A model generated the notes under the pieces. The model ran no database searches. It had not been told where the DNA came from and saw only the letters and a list, made by a program, of their open reading frames with translations. A DNA stretch of 64,000 bases from Shigella phage SH7: the sequence record KX828711; one strand, given 5' to 3'. The translations under genes were made by a program, and so were the position numbers. The stretch's first letter is position 1. Every line of letters begins with the position of its first letter. Shown piece after piece: positions 57,440-64,000 of this stretch.

Positions 57440-57977
57440 TTACTATTTCCAAAAGTTTATTATTTTTAAGGTAATTAGCCTTTTCTAGGACTTCAGAAGC
57501 ATATTTAGAACCAGCTTTAACATTCCATCCCGAATTATAAGAGGATATTGCTTTTCTTATATCGCCCTTATGTATATTTAACCAATAAGAAAGTTCAATG
57601 TACGCCCAGGAAGCTGAATTGGATCGTTTATTCAACATTCTTTTTATTTCAGCATCGGTCATATTATAACCAAGTTCCTTAACTCTTGCTCGCATAGTAG
57701 GCAAATAATTTTGGAACATTCCGTAGGCGTGATGCTTTGGTTTAGATTTTAAATTAACTCCGCCAGAGCTTTCTTGCCATAAAATAGCAGCCATTATATG
57801 ACCTAATCCGCTCTTGTGGATATTTTTGTGTGTTTTATATTTTCCATCCTTAGAAAATTGTTCCCCGAATTGATACGCGTAACGCATGTTATCGAGTTGG
57901 ACATTACTGAAAGTATGCTCGGAGCTATGTGCCATCATTGAAATGGCCAATAGACCAGCGAGTAGTGCTTTTCTCAT
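57432..57977 (-). CDS. periplasmic lytic-transglycosylase-like (SLT) protein
   Basis: 181 aa; signal peptide; catalytic-type WQESSGG and YGMFQ motifs. Confidence 0.55.
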   Translation of the reverse strand: MRKALLAGLLAISMMAHSSEHTFSNVQLDNMRYAYQFGEQFSKDGKYKTHKNIHKSGLGHIMAAILWQESSGGVNLKSKPKHHAYGMFQNYLPTMRARVKELGYNMTDAEIKRMLNKRSNSASWAYIELSYWLNIHKGDIRKAISSYNSGWNVKAGSKYASEVLEKANYLKNNKLLEIVND

Positions 57978-57984
57978 GCTTACC

Positions 57985-58446
57985 TCATTGAGTTTTAATT
58001 ACTGCTTTAGAAGCCTTTCCTGGTAAACGACGACTGTTGATAATTGCCATCCTACATTGAAGTGACGGGTCTTTGAACTTCTCGTTAGGTTTACAAACTG
58101 TAAATCCAAGCCAAAGATTTCCATCTGTGATTTCTAAACGTCCAGGACGATATTCAACCCCATCAATAAAATCCTCGTCAATGTCAGGACGCGGAGGCAT
58201 TCTCAGGAATTCATTAACTTCTAAAACATGGTCTTTTATTTTATGGAATAATTCAAAAACGTATGTCTCATCAATCTCCCGTTGAATTGCACGATCAAGA
58301 AGATGTTGAGAATATTTTAGATGAAACGATGAGACCCCTGCTGCTTTTGATGCCTCACGAATCTCATTGTTAATTTGACGAAACTCCGACTCAAAGTGAC
58401 GACGAAGCTTATTTCGACGGATAAAAACTTCAGTGTTGATAGTCAT
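57985..58446 (-). CDS. regB: RegB endoribonuclease
   Basis: 153 aa, size identical to T4 RegB; position between vs cluster and tk. Confidence 0.65.
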   Translation of the reverse strand: MTINTEVFIRRNKLRRHFESEFRQINNEIREASKAAGVSSFHLKYSQHLLDRAIQREIDETYVFELFHKIKDHVLEVNEFLRMPPRPDIDEDFIDGVEYRPGRLEITDGNLWLGFTVCKPNEKFKDPSLQCRMAIINSRRLPGKASKAVIKTQ

Positions 58447-58473
58447 GTTATTCTCCTCTTAACTGATAGAAAA

Positions 58474-58503
58474 ATTATACCACAGTCAAGAGGAAAAGTA
58501 AAC
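58474..58503 (-). promoter_or_regulatory. early promoter (TTTACT, 17 nt, TATAAT)
   Basis: sequence. Confidence 0.55.
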
Positions 58504-58505
58504 AG

Positions 58506-58784
58506 TTATTCTTTAAATCTAATCAATTTATTCATAGACTTTGAAACTTCGGCACGAACCTCATGTAGATTTTTGAGCTGTTCAAGACGCTGCGTATAGT
58601 AAGCAATTTCATCTTCTTCGAGACAGTCCTGCGAATCTTCTTTAAGATAACGTGCATAGTCCTGGAAAGCGTTACGGATTACTTCCTGGAAGTCATCAAG
58701 ACTTTGAATTTTCTTAGGAGCAGCAGATACACGACGAGGGGCAGTATAATACTCATAACCAAACCCTGCGCTTAATTGAGCCAT
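58506..58784 (-). CDS. small acidic protein (vs.3/vs.4 position)
   Basis: start at internal Met MAQLSAGF. Confidence 0.4.
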   Translation of the reverse strand: MAQLSAGFGYEYYTAPRRVSAAPKKIQSLDDFQEVIRNAFQDYARYLKEDSQDCLEEDEIAYYTQRLEQLKNLHEVRAEVSKSMNKLIRFKE

Positions 58785-59050
58785 TAGTATTTTTCCTCTG
58801 GTTGGAACACTGCACGACAAGCCCACATACTGGCTTCTTTGAGTTTCGTTTTAGCAATAGTTAACTGATCGAGGCTTTCAGCATAATTCTTCGCGAATTC
58901 ACAGTCTTCACAATTATCTAGTGCTTCCCAGAATTCATCGTATAAAGCGTCAAAGATAAGTCCTAAACGAACTTCAGCGTCTTTGATAGCATTCACTTTA
59001 CCGATTTTCTCTTCAGTATGTGGCTTATAACCCTTAATGTCTTCAATCAT
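58784..59050 (-). CDS. small acidic protein (vs.4/vs.5 position)
   Basis: ORF; start chosen to minimise overlap. Confidence 0.35.
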   Translation of the reverse strand: MIEDIKGYKPHTEEKIGKVNAIKDAEVRLGLIFDALYDEFWEALDNCEDCEFAKNYAESLDQLTIAKTKLKEASMWACRAVFQPEEKY

Positions 59051-59264
59051 ATTTAACTTCCTCACCAGTACATAAATCATATTCAACTAAACGAATAGGT
59101 TCATGAATGCCATATCCCTGAACAGAAATTTCTGTCGTAGGATAAATTCCACTAATATCACCCATATTCCACGCTTCATTAAATTGCTGTTCGCCTGAAT
59201 TACTAAACCATTCTGCGAAAGCATTTAGCACATCTTTAGAACCTTCAATAATTATCTTTGCCAT
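59043..59264 (-). CDS. small hypothetical protein
   Basis: 73-aa ORF. Confidence 0.4.
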   Translation of the reverse strand: MAKIIIEGSKDVLNAFAEWFSNSGEQQFNEAWNMGDISGIYPTTEISVQGYGIHEPIRLVEYDLCTGEEVKYD

Positions 59265-59626
59265 TACAGACTCTCAGTAAAGGTACGAGCGATAACGTCG
59301 CGCTGCTGTTCCGGAGTCAGAGAGTTAAAGCGAACTGCATAACCGGATACACGGATGGTCAGCTGCGGATATTTTTCCGGATGCTTAACTGCATCTTCCA
59401 GAGTTTCACGACGCAGAACGTTAACGTTCAGGTGTTGACCACCTTCAATTTTAACTGTAGGTTGTGTTTCAATTTCAATTTCACGGGCGTGCAAACCATA
59501 GAAAATTTCTGGGTCTACAAAAGAGTCCTCTTTAAAGGTTTTAGAGACAATAATTCGCGCTTGAATACCATCTTCAAAATAAATAGTACCTTTATGCGTG
59601 CCTTCAAGAATTTGATATGCTTTCAT
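59264..59626 (-). CDS. autonomous glycyl-radical cofactor (GrcA/YfiD-like)
   Basis: 120 aa; C-terminal glycyl-radical fingerprint RVSGYAVRF as in pyruvate formate-lyase. Confidence 0.7.
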   Translation of the reverse strand: MKAYQILEGTHKGTIYFEDGIQARIIVSKTFKEDSFVDPEIFYGLHAREIEIETQPTVKIEGGQHLNVNVLRRETLEDAVKHPEKYPQLTIRVSGYAVRFNSLTPEQQRDVIARTFTESL

Positions 59627-59633
59627 ATAAACC

Positions 59634-59963
59634 TCAATTAGAAAATAAATTTATCCAAGATTGTTCTTTAATTAAAAATGGCTCAGAATCATATGCCATT
59701 AAACTTTGCGTAATTAATCCTTTAAAAGGTCCATCAATAAATTCCATGGTAAAATATGGAATTTTATTCATTAGCCGTGCATTAGGAGCCGTGCACAAAA
59801 CTCTGCATCCTTTGAATACGCCTTTTTGTAATTTGTATTGCTTAGGATAAAATTCACTTAAAATGTTATTTTTTGCCAAAATTTCAAAATGATTCACCAA
59901 TTTATTTTTAATAGTTTTTGGTGAAAAATAAAGATATTCAAAAAGTTGCGCATCTGTCATCAT
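59634..59963 (-). CDS. hypothetical protein
   Basis: start at MMTDAQ; ATGA overlap with upstream gene. Confidence 0.4.
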   Translation of the reverse strand: MMTDAQLFEYLYFSPKTIKNKLVNHFEILAKNNILSEFYPKQYKLQKGVFKGCRVLCTAPNARLMNKIPYFTMEFIDGPFKGLITQSLMAYDSEPFLIKEQSWINLFSN

Positions 59964-60499
59964 TGCATTCCGATTACGAAAAACTGTGGACGAGTAATAC
60001 CACCAATACAACATTTAATATTACAGCAGCAGTGTACAGTGTCAATATGGACGCTATAAATCTTATCCATATCAGGAGATTTGACAGGCTCATCAATTAT
60101 ATACAAAATTCGCGAAAGCGATAAACCTCTGAACTTGCTTCCTTTATTACCAATAAAACTGCGCACAGAATCAGTAAATAAACGAAAACGTATATCATCA
60201 TTAGAATAACGCGAAAATTCCTTTTTAATGTTATTTGCAGAAATTTTAGCGTAAGCTGAAGTATTAGAAAGAACAATAACTGTTCCGCCATCATACAGCC
60301 AATTAGCAGCAAAGTTAGTCACAGCAATTGATTTACCGGATTGACGTCCACCATCTAGTCGAAGTGTGCAATACTGTTTAAGTAATTCTTCAAATGGCGG
60401 AATATATTCGTTTTTACAAATTTCTTCTACTCTAGCATCAGAATGGTGTGTAAAAGCATTCATCAGGGATAGATAAGGACCAGTTAAAAATGTTCTCAT
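59960..60499 (-). CDS. P-loop protein with C-terminal Cys cluster
   Basis: 179 aa; Walker A-like GGRQSGKS; HCCCNIKCC near C-terminus. Confidence 0.45.
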   Translation of the reverse strand: MRTFLTGPYLSLMNAFTHHSDARVEEICKNEYIPPFEELLKQYCTLRLDGGRQSGKSIAVTNFAANWLYDGGTVIVLSNTSAYAKISANNIKKEFSRYSNDDIRFRLFTDSVRSFIGNKGSKFRGLSLSRILYIIDEPVKSPDMDKIYSVHIDTVHCCCNIKCCIGGITRPQFFVIGMQ

Positions 60500-60639
60500 T
60501 TCTTCTCTCTAAGTTTGGGCCATTCCGTGGCGCATGAATTGTCCATTTCTGTATTTACCCATTACCGCGCTTGGGCTCGACCTTATTACAGGTTGGCGGG
60601 AATCCCTCATAGAATCATGAGGTCCAGGTTGTTCCCATA

Positions 60640-61113
60640 TTATTTGAACGATTTAACGTACTGAATAGAACCTTTACTATTCACAAAGGCAATTTTACCA
60701 TTTTTGTTATACATAGTAGCAGTACGTTGATAGCCATAAGTTTGTTTACCAGATTGATAACCAACTAATGCGAAATTATCTTCACCCATTTTATTCTGTT
60801 TAGCGCGAATGCGTTCATGACCATGTGCCATAAGAACCTTAGCATCACCGGTTGCAATGGATCGACGAGTTTTTTCATCTTCAACTGTATTAACAAAGTC
60901 GTCAAATGAATCAAATTTAGCATGAGATTTATTATACAGTTTTCCATCTACTGCATAATTATATCCCTGTACATCCATCTCAACTTCTGTACCATCATCC
61001 AGTACAGCAGTGATTTTCTGTCCTTTTTTAAATTTCAAAAGATCAGTAAAAGATTCAGCAATAATTTGAGAATTAATAGCTGCTTCAGTAATAAATTCTT
61101 GATAGGTTTTCAT
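60640..61113 (-). CDS. internal (capsid-packaged) protein with CTS MKTYQEFITE
   Basis: 157 aa; N-terminal 10-mer matches the T4 internal-protein capsid targeting sequence; ipII/ipIII region. Confidence 0.65.
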   Translation of the reverse strand: MKTYQEFITEAAINSQIIAESFTDLLKFKKGQKITAVLDDGTEVEMDVQGYNYAVDGKLYNKSHAKFDSFDDFVNTVEDEKTRRSIATGDAKVLMAHGHERIRAKQNKMGEDNFALVGYQSGKQTYGYQRTATMYNKNGKIAFVNSKGSIQYVKSFK

Positions 61114-61129
61114 GTGTTTCCTTTAATTT

Positions 61130-61447
61130 TTATTCTTTAGGGAAGTTTTTAGAATATGCATCATAAAGCTTATTTCCAATACGGCGGAAAACTCTAGCCG
61201 CAAAACGATTTTCTGGGTTTTTAATCATGATTTGCATCATATAAGTACCCGCGTCAGAAAGAGCTTCTTCATAGTACCCGTTAATTTCTTTAAGAGTCCT
61301 ACGTTTACCACCAGGACCATCAACAGTGATTTTCCATTTACCTGTAGAAGTGCGACTTGGCGGCTCAACTTGTTCAATCCAGATATAACCGCCTTCTACA
61401 CGTTGTCCTGCAGCAGATTCTGCAATAAATTCTTGATAGGTTTTCAT
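61130..61447 (-). CDS. internal (capsid-packaged) protein with CTS MKTYQEFIAE
   Basis: 105 aa; same CTS. Confidence 0.65.
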   Translation of the reverse strand: MKTYQEFIAESAAGQRVEGGYIWIEQVEPPSRTSTGKWKITVDGPGGKRRTLKEINGYYEEALSDAGTYMMQIMIKNPENRFAARVFRRIGNKLYDAYSKNFPKE

Positions 61448-61501
61448 GTGTTTCCTTTAAATATTTTAATTAGTAATTTATCTATTCAAGTAACTGTGAA
61501 T

Positions 61502-61531
61502 ATACTATCACAATTCCAAGAGAAAGTAAAC
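61502..61531 (-). promoter_or_regulatory. early promoter (TTTACT, 17 nt, TAGTAT) for the ip genes
   Basis: sequence. Confidence 0.5.
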
Positions 61532-61535
61532 AGCT

Positions 61536-62504
<969 letters not shown>

Positions 62505-62523
<19 letters not shown>

Positions 62524-62993
62524 TCAGTGATAAAGTTATTTAAATTTTGAGTATATTTCTTTTCATCAAAAATCTTTTGTTGTCTGCGTAGCCGCCATGG
62601 CATTTCAATGAACGTGTACCATATCCCAGATAATATTGCTGCTGTAAAAATATTAACAAGTATGGTTAAAAGAATCCAATCTCCTATTCTGTCCATTGGA
62701 TTTTTTATAAAAAAGTAAAATACGAATGATGTCACAGGAAGACTAATAATATACCACAGAATCATAATTTTATCTGTGAACCAATCAGCGTTCGTTAACT
62801 TAGCGCGACCATTATGAATACACACGAATTTATCATCTGTTATAATAGATGGCTTAGCTGCTTGATATCCCATTCTAAACTCCCTAATCAACAAATTTTT
62901 CATATCTTCGGAACAACCATTCCAGTCAACTCTATCAACTGAAATGCCATCATCCCCATCATCTAAATCATACCAGCGAGTTTTTAAAATCAT
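62505..62993 (-). CDS. membrane protein, tandem paralog 1
   Basis: 162 aa; 2 TM; C-terminal tail FITECRKLK. Confidence 0.45.
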
Positions 62994-63352
62994 TTAATTT
63001 TCCTACAATCACTCACAAACTCTTCCATTGATTCTTTTTCAATATAAGACATGTAGCTATTATATTCTTTTAATTGTATTTTGTAATCTTTTTTTCTTTG
63101 CCAATTTATTTTAAAATTATCATAATGAAAATATAACATAGTACCAAAGAATGAAAATAATGAAATAATTTTAGTATAGTGAAGTTCACTCCAAACTTCT
63201 ATTATATCTACTGTGCCGTCAATGTTTAAAATAAGACAGTCAATTAACAATCCAAAAAGACTACCCGCAAGAGCTGCTGCCAACGCCACAGCAAAAATTA
63301 AAAATGACTCAGGAAGCGAATATTTGACTTTATTTAGTTTTGGCTTTTGCAT
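62990..63352 (-). CDS. membrane protein, tandem paralog 2
   Basis: 120 aa; tail FVSDCRKIK. Confidence 0.45.
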   Translation of the reverse strand: MQKPKLNKVKYSLPESFLIFAVALAAALAGSLFGLLIDCLILNIDGTVDIIEVWSELHYTKIISLFSFFGTMLYFHYDNFKINWQRKKDYKIQLKEYNSYMSYIEKESMEEFVSDCRKIK

Positions 63353-63747
63353 CGTGATTCCTTAACAAATTTCATAATTTCATCAAATTCATACGCAGCA
63401 AGTTTAAGCTGATGTTCCCTTTTAATCTTTTTACACTGTGCTTTCCAATCACGTACGCGTTTACGATAATGTCTTCCTTGATACCAGTATCCTACCCAAT
63501 TTACAGGTACTAATAAAAGTGGAACTATTAATGGAAGAATTAGCATTAACACAAGTATTTCGCCAGAATCAATATCAGTCATAACATCTAAAACACCTCC
63601 AATAATCAATAGAATTACAAATGATATGAGTATAACAGGACCTATTAATACATCAGTAGAAATTAGCTGGCGCTTTAATTCATACTTTAAGGGTTTACTT
63701 GGAAGGTATAGTGATGGCTTTGACATATTCTCTACATTCCTTAACAA
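63334..63747 (-). CDS. membrane protein, tandem paralog 3
   Basis: 137 aa; tail FVKESRCKSQN. Confidence 0.45.
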   Translation of the reverse strand: MLRNVENMSKPSLYLPSKPLKYELKRQLISTDVLIGPVILISFVILLIIGGVLDVMTDIDSGEILVLMLILPLIVPLLLVPVNWVGYWYQGRHYRKRVRDWKAQCKKIKREHQLKLAAYEFDEIMKFVKESRCKSQN

Positions 63748-64000
63748 ATTTTTCTAATAATAAATCGCTTTCAAAATTGGGATTTTCTACGAATTTATCA
63801 AAAAGATCATCAACAATAGTTAAGATATTCTTTTTACTAAGAATACGTTTATTTTCATGCTTCGTTTCAGAATCAACTATAAGAGTAAAGAAATATTTCT
63901 TGCCCTGAAATTTTACAGTAGTATCAATATAGAATAAATTTGATTTTTGTAAATTACGTTTAAACCATGCATCACTTAAACTATAAACGCCAAGATAATC

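Noticed and set aside
59634-60499. Possible frameshifted or pseudogenised single gene spanning 59634..60499
   Set aside because: The two ORFs are joined by a clean ATGA stop/start overlap (TGA at 59960..59962, ATGATG at 59958..59963), the common coupling arrangement in this window; no frameshift needed.
60500-60639. tRNA gene in the non-coding gap before the ip genes
   Set aside because: No acceptor-stem complementarity or GTTC-type T-loop could be found by eye; kept only as a low-interest finding.
14135-60947. Alternate-frame minus-strand ORFs inside larger genes (14135..14347, 15380..15616, 21969..22172, 24245..24430, 25451..25642, 31523..31786, 33615..33836, 38787..39011, 50943..51137, 56212..56397, 60097..60312, 60765..60947)
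   Set aside because: They overlap recognised genes in another frame and have skewed or hydrophobic composition typical of off-frame translation of AT-rich sequence.

Overview
This window is a contiguous ~64 kb segment of a T4-like (T-even) coliphage genome. It starts exactly at the stop codon of rIIA and runs through the early/middle region to lysozyme e and nudE. All calls are from reading the sequence and recalling T4 biology; no database search was run. Recognised genes, in order: rIIA, topoisomerase 39, dexA, dda, modA, modB, soc, 56, primase 61, dmd, helicase 41, uvsX, 42, imm, DNA polymerase 43, regA, 62, 44, 45, rpbA, 46, 47, alpha-gt, 55, nrdH, nrdG, nrdD, 49, nrdC, rI, tk, regB, e, nudE. 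Almost every gene is on the minus strand, many joined by ATGA stop/start overlaps. The phage is not T4 itself: gene 39 is one unsplit 606-aa ORF, nrdD has no intron, no homing endonuclease genes are present, the beta-gt slot holds a shorter GT-A-type glucosyltransferase, and no dam-sized or denV-like ORF is found. Regulatory elements are readable directly: about 18 early promoters (-35 GTTTAC, 17-nt spacer, -10 TATAAT/TACTAT), MotA-box middle promoters, TATAAATA late promoters only before soc and e, and about a dozen GC-rich UUCG-tetraloop hairpins downstream of genes. The best candidates for undescribed biology are in the hyperplastic nrdC-to-rI and tk-to-e regions. The lead candidate is an early operon (50.57-53.30 kb) coupling a Pol-beta-type nucleotidyltransferase to a multi-pass membrane protein. 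Others are a four-gene paralog array with coiled-coil tails, a macro-domain protein, a mini-ORF with an internal-protein capsid-targeting N-terminus next to primase, and a lone plus-strand membrane ORF between genes 56 and 61.
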